DNA from: an uncultured Actinomycetes bacterium | Lineage (GTDB): Bacteria > Actinomycetota > Thermoleophilia > Gaiellales > Gaiellaceae | Reading direction: 5' to 3' | Length of the DNA stretch: 64,000 nt | NCBI GenBank assembly: GCA_963742625.1 | Contig: CAVUMO010000001.1 | Span: 234,138 to 298,137 of the forward strand | Shown: positions 19,306-29,414 of the stretch, in pieces | Numbering within the stretch: position 1 is the stretch's first letter | Layout of the letters: each line of letters starts with the position of its first letter | Notes under the pieces: model-generated | Told to the model about the DNA's origin: nothing | The model's input: only the letters and a program-made list of their open reading frames with translations | The model's database searches: none | Made by a program: the position numbers and the translations under genes

Positions 19306-19866
19306 CTAGGACGGGAGCCTGCCGACGAGCGCCGTCGCCGCGCGGGCACGATGCGAGTGCGCCTGCTTCCAGCCGTCGCCCAGCTCCGCGACCGTGGCCG
19401 ACTCTCCCACGGGCACGAACACCGGGTCGAAGCCGAAGCCCTCCCCGCCCGAGGCCGTGAGCGCAATCGAGCCCTCGAGCGTTCCTCGGGCCACGACCTC
19501 CTCCCCGCCGGGCCCGATCGCGACGATCACGCAGACGTAGCGCGCACCCCGCTCGCTGGCGCCGTCGAGGGCGGCCAGCATCCGCCCGACGGGGTCGCCC
19601 GCCGCCCAGCGGGCCGTCTGGACGCCCGGCCTGCCGTCGAGGGCGTCCGCCTCGATCCCCGAATCCTCGCCGACAGCCCACGCGTCCGGGTCGGCGTGCG
19701 CTCTCGCGAAGCGTGCCTTGATCCGTGCGTTGTCCTCGAACGTCGCCCCGTCCTCGGGCGGCGGGTCGTCTCGGCCCAGCGCCTCGACGTCCCGCCCGGG
19801 CAGGCTGCGGCGCAGCTCCTCGAGCTTGTGCGGGTTCTGCGAGGCGAGAACGAGACGCGCTTGCAA
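19306..19866 (-). CDS. rdgB: dITP/XTP pyrophosphatase (RdgB/HAM1 family)
   Basis: LASQNPHKLEEL, EDSGIEADALDGRPGV and GFGFDPVF. The TTG start at 19866, just after the rph stop, is tentative. Confidence 0.85.
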   Translation of the reverse strand: MQARLVLASQNPHKLEELRRSLPGRDVEALGRDDPPPEDGATFEDNARIKARFARAHADPDAWAVGEDSGIEADALDGRPGVQTARWAAGDPVGRMLAALDGASERGARYVCVIVAIGPGGEEVVARGTLEGSIALTASGGEGFGFDPVFVPVGESATVAELGDGWKQAHSHRARAATALVGRLPS

Positions 19867-19871
19867 CAGTG

Positions 19872-20594
19872 CTACGAGCTCAGGAGCGACGGCGCCTCGC
19901 AGGCATCGCGCTGGGCGGCCTCGAGTTGCGCGATCCCGCCCGCGGCGAGGTCGAGCAGCCGGTCGAGGAGCTCCCGCGAGAACGGCTCGCGCTCGGCCGT
20001 CGCCTGCACCTCGACGAGGCGCCCATCCGCGGCCATCACGACGTTCATATCGGTCTCGGCCGCCGAGTCCTCGACGTAGTCGAGGTCGAGCACGGGCTCT
20101 CCGTCGACGACCCCGACCGAGACCGCGGCGATGCCGCCACTCAACGCCTTCGTCAGCCCGAACCGGTCGAGCGCGCGGTACGCGGCGACGTACGCGCCGG
20201 TGATCGCGGCGCAGCGGGTGCCGCCGTCCGCCTGGAGCACGTCGCAGTCGAGCCACAGCGTCCTCTCACCGAGCGCCTTGAAGTCGCAGACGCTGCGGAG
20301 CGCGCGGCCGATGAGCCGCTGGATCTCGACGGTTCGCCCGTCCGGCCGCCCGCGGGAGACGCCCCGCTGCGTCCGCTCCCCGGTCGAGGCGGGAAGCAGC
20401 GAGTACTCGGCAGTCATCCAGCCCTTGCCTTTCCCGCGCAGCCAACGCGGGATGTCCTCGTCGAGGGTCGCCGTGCAGAGGACGACGGTGCGTCCCTGCG
20501 CGTAGAGGATCGAGCCGTGCGGCTGCTCGAGGAAGTCGGGCTGCAGGTCGAGCTCTCGCAGCTGGTCGGGACGGCGTCCGTCGTGGCGGGTCAC
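19872..20594 (-). CDS. rph: ribonuclease PH
   Basis: 240-aa ORF with RHDGRRPDQLR, GWMTAEYSLLPAST and DCDVLQADGGTR. Confidence 0.95.
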   Translation of the reverse strand: MTRHDGRRPDQLRELDLQPDFLEQPHGSILYAQGRTVVLCTATLDEDIPRWLRGKGKGWMTAEYSLLPASTGERTQRGVSRGRPDGRTVEIQRLIGRALRSVCDFKALGERTLWLDCDVLQADGGTRCAAITGAYVAAYRALDRFGLTKALSGGIAAVSVGVVDGEPVLDLDYVEDSAAETDMNVVMAADGRLVEVQATAEREPFSRELLDRLLDLAAGGIAQLEAAQRDACEAPSLLSS

Positions 20595-20628
20595 GTGAGG
20601 TCCTCCGGGTCGCGCAGGTGGGCCGGGA

Positions 20629-21462
20629 TCATGCCGCCTGCGGCGCGGTCGCCTGCAGTCGAACGTGCTCTACCTCGCTGATCGGCAGCTGGAGGAACCG
20701 CTTGCCCATCTCGCGAAAGGCCGCGGGATCCCCGGTCGTGAGGAACCGGTAGGAGCCCTCCCGCCCCTCGTCGTTCTCCATCCCCTTGCGGGCGAGCGTC
20801 TCGGCCACCTCGCGGGCGGTCTCGTCGGCGGAGAAGACCAGCGTCACCGAGCGCCCGAAGACGCGTTGGAAGATCGGGCGCAGGATCGGGTAGTGGGTGC
20901 AGCCGAGGATGACCGTGTCGACCCCCGCCGCCTGGAGCGGCGCCGCGACCTCGCGCACCGCCGCGGTTGTCTCCTCGCCGAAGGGGTCCGGGCCCTCGAT
21001 CAGCGGGACGAGGCGCGGGCACGGCACCGAGACGACCTCGACGCTCGCGTCGTGCGCGAGGACGGCCTCCTCGTAGCGCCCGCTCGAGACGGTCGCCTCG
21101 GTGGCGAGGAGCCCGACGCGTCGATTTCGCGTCGCGAGGGCGGCCACCCGAGCCTCGGGCTGGAGCACGCCGACCACGGGCACGTCGAGGGCTCGCTGAA
21201 CGTCGTGGAGCCCGGCGGCCGTCGCGGAGTTGCAGGCGACCACGACGAGCTTCACTCCCTCGCGCTCGAGCTGCCGTCCGATCTCGAGGGCGAACCGCCG
21301 GATCTCGGCGAGCGGCCTCGGCCCGTACGGGAGCCTCGCGTTGTCGCCGAGGTAGACGGCGTCCTCGTGCGGGAGCGTGACGAGCAGCTCGTGGAGGACG
21401 GTCAGACCGCCCACGCCGGAGTCGAACACGCCGATCGGCCGCCCGTCCATCGCGCCGATCAT
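20629..21462 (-). CDS. murI: glutamate racemase
   Basis: IGVFDSGVGGLTV, VVACNSATA and LGCTHYP. The start is ATG 21462 or 21450. The ORF-track start at 21585 would overlap the divergent gene. Confidence 0.9.
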   Translation of the reverse strand: MIGAMDGRPIGVFDSGVGGLTVLHELLVTLPHEDAVYLGDNARLPYGPRPLAEIRRFALEIGRQLEREGVKLVVVACNSATAAGLHDVQRALDVPVVGVLQPEARVAALATRNRRVGLLATEATVSSGRYEEAVLAHDASVEVVSVPCPRLVPLIEGPDPFGEETTAAVREVAAPLQAAGVDTVILGCTHYPILRPIFQRVFGRSVTLVFSADETAREVAETLARKGMENDEGREGSYRFLTTGDPAAFREMGKRFLQLPISEVEHVRLQATAPQAA

Positions 21463-21502
21463 ACGGACGCAGGTCGCGGGCGCCCGCGGCAGACTGCCCG
21501 CG

Positions 21503-22367
21503 ATGCCGGCGACCGTGCGGATCGGGATCTGCTCGTGGGCCGACGAAGGCCTGCTGCGGTCGTGGTACCCGCGCGGGATCTCCACGGCGGAGCGGCGCCT
21601 GCGGTACTACGCCGAGCGCTTCGACGTCGTCGAGGTCGACTCGCCCTACTACGCGCTCCCCGACCCGGCGGTGACCGAGCGGTGGGCGCGGCGCACGCCC
21701 GACGACTTCACGTTCCACGTCAAGGCGTCCGCGGCGATGACCTGGCACGACAGCGAGCCCGACGATGCGGCGTTCCGGCTCTTCCGTGCGTCTCTCGAGC
21801 CGCTCGAGCTATCCGGAAAGCTTCAGGGCGTGCTGCTCCAGTACCACCCGCGCTTCACGAAGTCGGACGAGGCGAAGGCGGAGCTCGCACGCGCACCGGA
21901 GCGCCTCGCGCCGCTCGTCCCGCTGGTGGAGTTCCGCCACCGGTCGTGGATGGAGGAGCCCGAGCGGGCGGACACCCTCGCGTTCCTCGAGCGCCACGGC
22001 CTCGCGTACGTCTCGGTCGACACACCGTCGACGCGAGCCTCGAACGTCTCCCCCCCGCGTCGCCGCGGCGACGAGCCGCGTCGCGTATGTCCGGTTCCAC
22101 GGAAGAAACGCCGAGACGTGGAACGTCCGCGGCGGCTCGGCGGCCGACCGCTTCGACTGGCTCTATTCGGAGGAGGACCTCGCCGAGTGGGTCGCTCCGC
22201 TCGCACGTCTCGCCGGCGAGGCGGAGGAGGTCTACGCGATGTTCAACAACAACCGGGACGACTTCGCACCGCGGGGCGGCCGGCTCTTGCGCCGCCTGCT
22301 CGACGAGGCGGGGCTCCCGGCGAACGGCGGTATCGAGCCGCCTCCGACCGAGCTGACCCTGTTCTGA
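21503..22367 (+). pseudogene. DUF72 (UPF0759) family protein, frame change at a C7 run (22050-22056)
   Basis: The N-terminal part (MPATVRIGICSWAD...YYAERFDVVEVDSPYYALP...) is in the frame of ORF 21377..22387 up to ...DTPSTRASNV. The C-terminal part (...VAYVRFHGRNAETW...YAMFNNN...) is in the frame of ORF 21765..22367. The span length is 865 nt. Confidence 0.75.
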
Positions 22368-22398
22368 CCGCGCGTCGGCTGACGTAGGGTCGGGAGTC

Positions 22399-23100
22399 GT
22401 GCGCGTCCTCTCGATCGTCCACGAGGCCGGGCCGACCGGCGGGGGCGGGATCTTCGAGCGCGCCGTCCCCGCGCGGGGGCACCGGCTCGACCGCTGGGTG
22501 GCGGCCGACGGCGAGGCGCCGCCCGGGACGCCGTCGGACTGGGACGCGGTGATGGTCTTCGGAGGCGTGATGCATCCCGACCAGGACGCCGAGCACCCCT
22601 GGCTCGCGGGCGAGGCCGGGTTCATCGAGACGGCGCTCGCGGACGGAGTGCCGCTCCTCGGGGTCTGCCTCGGTGCGCAGCTGATCGCGCGCGCCGCCGG
22701 CGCGTCGGTCGGCCCGTCCCAAACCCCGGAGGTCGGCTGGTTCGAAGTGTCCCGCGACGACCGCGAGGAAGATCCTGTCGTCGGCGCGCTGCCCGACCGG
22801 TTCCGCGCGTTCCAGTGGCACTACTACACCTTCGATCTTCCGGCCGACGCCGTGCAGCTCGCCACGAGCGACGCGGCGCGGCAGGCGTACCGGTTGGGGG
22901 ACCGCGTCTGGGGGATCCAGTTCCACGCCGAGGTCGACCGCCGGATGCTCGGCCACTGGCTGCGGGAAGGGCGCGAGGAGCTACCCAAGCCCGTCGAGGA
23001 GATCCGCGCCGAGACCGACTGCTACCTGCCGACCTGGAACGAGCAGGGGCGGGCGCTCTGCGAGGCGTTCCTCGACGAGGCCGCGCGCCTCAGCGCGTAG
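22399..23100 (+). CDS. class I glutamine amidotransferase-like protein
   Basis: GVCLGAQLIA (nucleophile Cys) and GIQFHAE (His/Glu) motifs. Confidence 0.8.
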   Translation: MRVLSIVHEAGPTGGGGIFERAVPARGHRLDRWVAADGEAPPGTPSDWDAVMVFGGVMHPDQDAEHPWLAGEAGFIETALADGVPLLGVCLGAQLIARAAGASVGPSQTPEVGWFEVSRDDREEDPVVGALPDRFRAFQWHYYTFDLPADAVQLATSDAARQAYRLGDRVWGIQFHAEVDRRMLGHWLREGREELPKPVEEIRAETDCYLPTWNEQGRALCEAFLDEAARLSA

Positions 23101-23491
23101 GCGGTCGCTCCGCCGCGCCCGTCTCGGCCGGGAGCGCCGGGTCGCGCGACCACTCGTGCCACGAGCCCTCGTAGTTCCGCGCCCGGAACCCTGCCGCGAC
23201 GAGGAGCTGCGCGGCGGCGGCGGAGCGGCTGCCGGAATGGCAGTAGGCGATCACCTCGGCGCCCTCGTCGGCGCCGACGAGCTCCCGGACGGCGGCGGGG
23301 CCCTCGGCGCTCGCGCCGAACAGCTCGTCGAGGCCGACGTGGCGCGCGCCCGGGATCCGGCCGGGGCGGGGATCGCATGGCGCGACGGCCTCACCGGCGA
23401 ACTCCTCGGTGCTCCTGACGTCGAGCAGCACGAGGCCCTCCTCGTCGAGCCGCTCGGCGAGCTCGGCGGTCGAGACCGGGCCGCCGCTCAT
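23090..23491 (-). CDS. rhodanese-domain sulfurtransferase
   Basis: LLDVRSTEEF and the active-site loop AYCHSGSRS. ATG at 23491 in an ATGA overlap with the upstream gene. Confidence 0.85.
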   Translation of the reverse strand: MSGGPVSTAELAERLDEEGLVLLDVRSTEEFAGEAVAPCDPRPGRIPGARHVGLDELFGASAEGPAAVRELVGADEGAEVIAYCHSGSRSAAAAQLLVAAGFRARNYEGSWHEWSRDPALPAETGAAERPPTR

Positions 23492-24078
23492 GCGGCGAGC
23501 GTGGCGACCGTCTCGATCTCCGCGGCGATCGAGGGACGGTCGGCGCAGGTCTCGAGCCACCGCGAGATCGCCGGATACGGTTCGAGGGACACGCGCATCA
23601 GGCCGCCGAGCCGCAGGAGCCAGGGGAGGTACGAGACGTCGGCGAGGCCGAACCGGCTTCCGGTGAGGAAGGGTGCGGTCTGCAGCATCGCCTCGAGCCC
23701 GCGCAAGCCGAGGGCCAGCCAGCGGTCGGCGCCCTGCTGCTCGCGGCGGAAGGCGTAGTACGGGTCGCCGAGCGTCTCGTCGAAGCGGAAGACGAGGAGT
23801 CGCGCCGCCGCGCGCTCGCCCGGATCGTCGGGGAGGAGCGGAGGATCCGGATAGCGCTCCTCCAGGTACTCGTCGATCACCACCGACTCGGGCAGCAGCC
23901 AGCCGTCCTCCTCGAGGATCGGGACGCGTCCGTCCGGCGGGTTCCGCTCGATGAGCCAGGCGGGGCGGTCGGCGAGGTCGATCGTGACGGTGTCATACGG
24001 CACGCCTTTCTCGGCGAGCACGATCCGCGTCCTGGCGCAGAACGGGCACCGCGGCGCGTCGTAGAGCGTGATCGACAT
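23488..24078 (-). CDS. glutathione S-transferase family protein with a glutaredoxin-like CPFC N-terminus
   Basis: MSITLYDAPRCPFCARTRIVLAEKGVPY..., VPILEEDG, and a GST C-terminal helical half. Confidence 0.8.
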   Translation of the reverse strand: MSITLYDAPRCPFCARTRIVLAEKGVPYDTVTIDLADRPAWLIERNPPDGRVPILEEDGWLLPESVVIDEYLEERYPDPPLLPDDPGERAAARLLVFRFDETLGDPYYAFRREQQGADRWLALGLRGLEAMLQTAPFLTGSRFGLADVSYLPWLLRLGGLMRVSLEPYPAISRWLETCADRPSIAAEIETVATLAA

Positions 24079-24081
24079 CTC

Positions 24082-25071
24082 CTACGAGGCCTTCTCTGCG
24101 AGCTGCGCGTAGCCGTGGTCGGCGCCCTCGAGCCCCAGCACGTTCGCGAGGGACGCGATCAGCTCGCGCGCCGGCGGTAGCTCGGCCGGCGACGTGCCCG
24201 TCGTCGCGAGCGCCTTGATCATCTGCGGGTCGGCGCCCGTGAGCCGGGCGAGCACGGTGGGGTTCGCGGCGAGCCCGATCACGTCGCCAGGCGCGAGTCG
24301 GCCGTAGAACTCGGGGACGGAGAGGTACTCGTCGACGATGCCTCCCCGCTCCAGCGCGACGAGCCGGACGACCTGGTCGACCTCGAGCGAGAGCGCGAGG
24401 ACGACAGCCCCGAGCCGCGAGGACAGCTCACGCGCGAACCGCACGAGCGCGGTGGGGTCGTCGTCGATCACCTCGTCGTAGACGGTCGCCCAGCCGTTCC
24501 GCGGGCCGACGACCTCGAAGGCGCGGGAGCCGATCCGCGGCGCGAACTCCCGCGCGGCACGCTCGACGTCGGCGATCGCATCGGTCTGGACGTGGATCGA
24601 GGCAAATGACGGGGCCTCGTGCTCTGGGGCGAGGCGCTCGCGTAGCGTCGCGAGTGGCACGCCGAGCACGTGGAGCTGTTCCGTGAAACCCCACCTGCTG
24701 TAGACGGTGCGCGCATCGGAGTTCCCGGTGCGCACCTCGAGGTCGAGGTGCTCGATGCCCTGGGCGTGGAGCGCCTCCGCGACGGCCGAGACGAGCTCGG
24801 CCGCGATCCCGTCGCGGCGGGCCGCAGGGACGACGTAGAGGTCGGTCAGGCGGGCGAGGCTCGGGCCGGTCCGTCGTGCGAGCGCGAAGCCGACCGGCCC
24901 CTCCCGCTCGGCGACGAAGGCGAGGCCGCTCGCGACGATCTCGCGGATCTCGCCGAGCTCCTGGTCGTGGTCGACCTCGACGTACGTCGGCGGCGGCGAC
25001 TCGCGCTCGAACGCGCTCCACAGCCCGTCGAGAACGGGAAGGTCGACATCGGTGGCGCGGCGAACCGTCAC
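24082..25071 (-). CDS. GNAT N-acetyltransferase fused to an uncharacterised C-terminal domain of about 170 aa
   Basis: GNAT core (LYVVPAARRDGIAAELV...VYSRWGF) in the first ~150 aa. The remainder is protein-like but I do not recognise the family. Confidence 0.7.
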   Translation of the reverse strand: MTVRRATDVDLPVLDGLWSAFERESPPPTYVEVDHDQELGEIREIVASGLAFVAEREGPVGFALARRTGPSLARLTDLYVVPAARRDGIAAELVSAVAEALHAQGIEHLDLEVRTGNSDARTVYSRWGFTEQLHVLGVPLATLRERLAPEHEAPSFASIHVQTDAIADVERAAREFAPRIGSRAFEVVGPRNGWATVYDEVIDDDPTALVRFARELSSRLGAVVLALSLEVDQVVRLVALERGGIVDEYLSVPEFYGRLAPGDVIGLAANPTVLARLTGADPQMIKALATTGTSPAELPPARELIASLANVLGLEGADHGYAQLAEKAS

Positions 25072-25148
25072 GATTCGATGCTAGAGGATCGATTCCGTCC
25101 CTCGCGGAACGGGCAGAACCTCCTTATGCTGTGTCGGGTCGGCGGCGG

Positions 25149-25808
25149 TCATCCCCCTCGACCGTCGCCGGCTCCTTTCGTCTCCGCAACGTGCCCGAGC
25201 GCCGAGGCGACGTCGTGCAGGTCGCCGAACGGCTCGTACGAGACGCGCTGTTCGTCGAGCCACACGGCCAGGCCCCGGCGCGCGAAGCGCCGCTCGGCAG
25301 CGAGCGAGACGCAGCGGTCGGAGATTCCGTCCCCGACGTAGACGAACGGGCCGAGGCCGGCGACAGCGCCGCGCTTGCACCGCTCGCCGCAGACATCGCA
25401 GAGGGGCCTGTCGCGGAACGTCGCGCGCCAGCCGGTCGGCTCCGCGGTGACGCTGTTCGCGACCACGCGCGCCACGACGCCCTCCCGCGCGAGAATCGGG
25501 TCGATCAGCTCGTGGAAGCCCGCCGACACGATCAGCGGGTCGCGCGTCTCGACGAGCTCCTCGAAGCCGGGACGGACACGGACGTGCTCGAGCAGGAAAT
25601 CGACGACCTCGTCGAGCGGCGCCCTGACGGTGGCGATCTCCCGCGCGATCACCTCGTCCAGCGTCAGCCGCCGCCCGAGCTCGTCCTCGAGCGCCCCGAA
25701 CAGCGCTGGATCGCCGAAGCGGTCGTTGACCATGTGGAGCGTGTCGATCTCCGTGACCGTGCCGTCCCAGTCGAGGACGAGTGCGGGCGACGTCTCGTGG
25801 CTCGGCAC
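25149..25808 (-). CDS. HAD-IB family phosphatase (MtnX/phosphoserine phosphatase-like)
   Basis: Motif I LDWDGTVT, and later SAGF and VGDGISD. Confidence 0.75.
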   Translation of the reverse strand: MPSHETSPALVLDWDGTVTEIDTLHMVNDRFGDPALFGALEDELGRRLTLDEVIAREIATVRAPLDEVVDFLLEHVRVRPGFEELVETRDPLIVSAGFHELIDPILAREGVVARVVANSVTAEPTGWRATFRDRPLCDVCGERCKRGAVAGLGPFVYVGDGISDRCVSLAAERRFARRGLAVWLDEQRVSYEPFGDLHDVASALGHVAETKGAGDGRGG

Positions 25809-25817
25809 GAAGAAGCG

Positions 25818-26552
25818 TCAGCCCGCCGGCAGCGACCAGCCGCCGTCGATCACGACGACCTGGCCCCGGATCATCTCGGCGTCGGGCGAGGCGAGGAACG
25901 AGACGACTCCCGCGATGTCATCGGGCGTGACGAGCCGTCCGGCGGGGTTCGCGGCGCCCGAGGCGAGCATCTCCTCGCGGTTCGGGAAGTGCTCGAGGGC
26001 ACCGGTCTCGACGACGCCGGCCGAGACCGCGTTGACGCGGATGCCGCGCGGCGCGAGCTCGACCGCGAGGTACCGGACAAGCGCTTCGAGCGCGGCTTTC
26101 GAGACGCCGACGAGCGTGTAGTTCTCGAGGACGCGGACCGAGCCGAGGCTCGAGAGCGCGACGATCGACGCGCCTGGCGCCATCGCGGGCGCGGCCGTGC
26201 GCGTGAGCGCGAGGAGCGCGCGGGCATTTGCATTCAGCGTCCAGTCCCAGTGCTTGTCCTCGGTCTCGAGCGCGGGCCGGATCACGCCGGTGGCGGCGTT
26301 GTGCACGAGGACGTCGATCGGCCCGAGCGCCTCCACCTGCTCGAGAACCCGGCTCGACGTGACGTTGCCGCGGACGAGCACCGGCTCGGCGCCAAGCGCA
26401 CGCAGCTCCTCGGCGGTCTCCTCGGCCGCGGTGTCGGAGCGGAAGTAGCCGATCGCGACGCGCGTCGCGCCCTCGCGCGCGAGACGCAACGCGATCGCCC
26501 TGCCGATCCCCCGCGAGCCCCCGGTGACGAGGACGCTGCGTCCTGTGCTCAC
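25818..26552 (-). CDS. short-chain dehydrogenase/reductase, FabL-like (Y-x6-K)
   Basis: VTGGSRGIGRAIA, NAA, and YTLVGVSKAAL. GTG at 26552 in a GTGA overlap with the upstream small ORF. Confidence 0.82.
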   Translation of the reverse strand: MSTGRSVLVTGGSRGIGRAIALRLAREGATRVAIGYFRSDTAAEETAEELRALGAEPVLVRGNVTSSRVLEQVEALGPIDVLVHNAATGVIRPALETEDKHWDWTLNANARALLALTRTAAPAMAPGASIVALSSLGSVRVLENYTLVGVSKAALEALVRYLAVELAPRGIRVNAVSAGVVETGALEHFPNREEMLASGAANPAGRLVTPDDIAGVVSFLASPDAEMIRGQVVVIDGGWSLPAG

Positions 26553-26827
26553 TGGCCGCGCGGCAGCGGGGCCGACGCGGGCGCCGACGAGGGAATCGTC
26601 GCCCAGCCGATGCGCTCGCGCGACTCGGGCTCCGAGTTCTCCGCCTTCGTCGACGCGAACCCGAGGCGGTCGAGCAGCTCCTCCTTCTCCTCCGCGTAGA
26701 CGCGAACGGGATCGTCCTCGGGCAGGTCCGCGACGAGCTCTCTGACGCGCGCCCGGATCTGGTACGCGAACTGCGGCGTCGCAGGCCCGACGAGGGCGTC
26801 GACGTCGTCGGTCGTCGGCTCTGCCAT
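26549..26827 (-). CDS. hypothetical acidic protein (92 aa)
   Basis: This is the protein-like C-terminal piece of ORF 26549..28036, starting MAEPTTDDVDALVGP... It is translationally coupled to the SDR gene. Confidence 0.45.
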   Translation of the reverse strand: MAEPTTDDVDALVGPATPQFAYQIRARVRELVADLPEDDPVRVYAEEKEELLDRLGFASTKAENSEPESRERIGWATIPSSAPASAPLPRGQ

Positions 26828-26860
26828 CGGCCGCCACCTTAACCAACTAGCGTCGAGCGA

Positions 26861-27751
26861 ATGCGGAAGCCGACGACGCTCGAGCTGATGCTGCTCGCGA
26901 CGATCGGCCTCTGGTCGCTGAACCTGACGGTCAGCCGCTACATCCTCACGCACGGCCTGCAACCGCTCGCCTACGGGAGCGTGCGGTACGTGCTCGCGGC
27001 GCTGGTCTTCTGCGGGATCACGCTCGTCGCTGAGCGTTCGCTTCGCGTCGCTCCGCGCGACCTCGTGCTCCTGCTGGGCGCGGCCTTGGTCCTCTACGTC
27101 AACCAGGTCGCGTTCGTCTACGCACTCCACGAGTCGACGGCCTCCGTGCTCGCGCTGCTGCTCGGCGCGACGCCGATCTTCGCCGCGATCGCCGGCGTCC
27201 TGCTCGGCACGGAGACGCTCCCCAGGCGGTTCTGGGCGGGGGCGCTCCTCTCGTTCGCGGGCGTCGCGCTCGTTGCGCTCGGCGCGAGAGACGAGGTCTC
27301 GGGCAGCCTCGTCGGGGTGCTGCTCGGCGTGCTTGCGGCGGCGAGCTGGGCCGCGTACTCGATGCTGATCACGCCGCTGATGCGCCGGTACTCGGCCTCG
27401 CGGATCTCCACCATCGTGCTCGCGGCGACATGCGTCCCGTTGACGCTGACCGCGCTGCCGCAACTCTCGGACCAGGACTGGAGCCTCGGCTGGGCGGTCT
27501 GGGTGCTCGTCGTGTTCGCCACGCTCGGGCCTCTCGTCGCGACGAACGTGATGTGGTTCCGATCGCTCGACAAGATCGGCCCGGCGCGCGCGACGCTCGC
27601 CGCGAACCTCCAGCCGTTCGTCGCGGCGGCGATCGCCGTCGTCCTCCTCTCGGAGGCGCTCGGGCTGCTCGAGCTGGCGGGCGGCCTGCTGATCGCCGCG
27701 GGGATCGTTGCCGCGCGTCGGCGCGTCGTTTCCGCCGCTCCCGGCGAGTGA
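26861..27751 (+). CDS. EamA/DMT family transporter
   Basis: 296-aa ORF with ten hydrophobic segments and a duplicated EamA-like layout. Confidence 0.85.
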   Translation: MRKPTTLELMLLATIGLWSLNLTVSRYILTHGLQPLAYGSVRYVLAALVFCGITLVAERSLRVAPRDLVLLLGAALVLYVNQVAFVYALHESTASVLALLLGATPIFAAIAGVLLGTETLPRRFWAGALLSFAGVALVALGARDEVSGSLVGVLLGVLAAASWAAYSMLITPLMRRYSASRISTIVLAATCVPLTLTALPQLSDQDWSLGWAVWVLVVFATLGPLVATNVMWFRSLDKIGPARATLAANLQPFVAAAIAVVLLSEALGLLELAGGLLIAAGIVAARRRVVSAAPGE

Positions 27752-27788
27752 CCGGCAGCCCGGGCCGCACTGCGGGACAATCCGGCAG

Positions 27789-29411
27789 ATGGACGACGAG
27801 CTCGAACGCGGTCGCGCTGCCTGCGCGAGGCGGGCCTGGGCCGAGGCCCACGAGTCGCTCGTGCGAGTAGACGCTGCATCGCCGCTCGCCGTCGACGACG
27901 TCGAGCAGCTCGCGACGGCGGCGTACATGCTCGGTCGCGACGACGAGTCGATGAGTCTCCTCGAGCGCGCGCACCATGCGCATCTCGAAGCGGGCGAAAC
28001 ACATCGCTCCGTCCGCTGCGCACTCTGGGTGTGCATGCATCACGCCTCCAGAGGCGAGCTGGGACCTGCCGGCGGCTGGCTCGCCCGAGCCGAGCGCCTC
28101 CTGGGCGACGAGGACTGCGCGGAGCGCGGGTACCTGCTGATCCCGGCCGCGTTCGGCGCGGAAGCGGCGGGCGACTTCGAGACTGCGGCGGCGACCGCGG
28201 CCAGCGCCGCCGAGATCGGCCAACGTTTCGGCGACGCCGATCTGTACGCGCTTGCGGCGCACATGAACGGCCAGTTCGTGATCCAGGAGGGACGGGTCGA
28301 CGAAGGGTTCCGCCTGCTCGACGAGGCGATGGTCACAGCGACCTCCGGCTCGGTCTCGCCGATCGTGACCGGGCTCGTCTACTGCGGCGTGATCCTCGCG
28401 TGCGTCGAGGTACTCGACGTGCGTCGGGCGTCGGAGTGGACGGAGGTGCTCGCCCGCTGGTGCGACGACCAGCCCGGGCTCGTGGCGTTCACCGGCCGCT
28501 GCCTCGTGCACCGGGCGGAGATCATGCAGCTGCACGGCGACTGGCCGGACGCCCTCGAGGAGGCGCGGCGGGCGGCCGAGCGGCTCGTGCAGGGGTTCAA
28601 CCGCGCCGCAGCAGCGCAGGCCTTCTACCGGCAGGGCGAGGTGCTCCGGCTCTCGGGGAGGCTCGACGAGGCAGAGGGGGCCTACGGCGCGTCGCGCCGC
28701 TTCGGGTGGGAGCCGCTGCCCGGCCTGGCGCTCCTTCGACTCGCGCAAGGGCGGCCGGAGGCGGCTGCTGCCGCCATCCGTCGCGTTCTCGGCGAGACGA
28801 CCGTCTGGTCTCGCCGCGCGGTGCTCCTCCCCGCACAGGTCGAGATCGCGCTCGCGCTGGACGAGCTCGAGGAGGCGCGCGACGCCGCCCTCGAGCTAGA
28901 CGCGCTCGCCGGGCAACAGGGTGGGGCGATGCTGCGCGCGCTCGCCGCGACCGCGCTCGGCGCCGTCCATCTCGCTGCAGGAGAGCCGACGGAGGCGCTC
29001 GCCGCCGCCCGTCGCGCATCCGAGCAGTGGCGCGCGCTCGAGGCGCCGTACGAGGAGGCGTGCGCGAGGGTCGCCGTCGGGCTCGCCTGCGCGGCCCTCG
29101 GGGACGACGACACGGCCGCGCTCGAGCTCGCAGCCGCCCGCGCGACGTTCACCGAGCTCGGCGCCACACCGGACCTCGAGCGCGTGCAGGCGCGCCTCGG
29201 TGGCCCGCCGACCGACGCCCATGGGCTCACGGCGCGCGAGCTCGAGGTCCTCCGCCTCGTGGCGGCCGGCGCGAGCAACCGCGCGATCGCGTCCGCGCTC
29301 GTGATCAGCGAGCACACCGTCGCGCGCCACCTGCAGAACATCTTCCGCAAGCTCGACGTCTCGTCGCGCACGGCGGCAAGCGCGTTCGCGTACGACCACG
29401 ACCTCGTCTGA
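27789..29411 (+). CDS. LuxR-family transcriptional regulator with a long helical-repeat (TPR/MalT-like) N-terminal region
   Basis: C-terminal [48 protein letters not shown]. The ATG at 27789 gives [11 protein letters not shown]... Confidence 0.85.
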   Translation: MDDELERGRAACARRAWAEAHESLVRVDAASPLAVDDVEQLATAAYMLGRDDESMSLLERAHHAHLEAGETHRSVRCALWVCMHHASRGELGPAGGWLARAERLLGDEDCAERGYLLIPAAFGAEAAGDFETAAATAASAAEIGQRFGDADLYALAAHMNGQFVIQEGRVDEGFRLLDEAMVTATSGSVSPIVTGLVYCGVILACVEVLDVRRASEWTEVLARWCDDQPGLVAFTGRCLVHRAEIMQLHGDWPDALEEARRAAERLVQGFNRAAAAQAFYRQGEVLRLSGRLDEAEGAYGASRRFGWEPLPGLALLRLAQGRPEAAAAAIRRVLGETTVWSRRAVLLPAQVEIALALDELEEARDAALELDALAGQQGGAMLRALAATALGAVHLAAGEPTEALAAARRASEQWRALEAPYEEACARVAVGLACAALGDDDTAALELAAARATFTELGATPDLERVQARLGGPPTDAHGLTARELEVLRLVAAGASNRAIASALVISEHTVARHLQNIFRKLDVSSRTAASAFAYDHDLV

Positions 29412-29414
29412 TCT

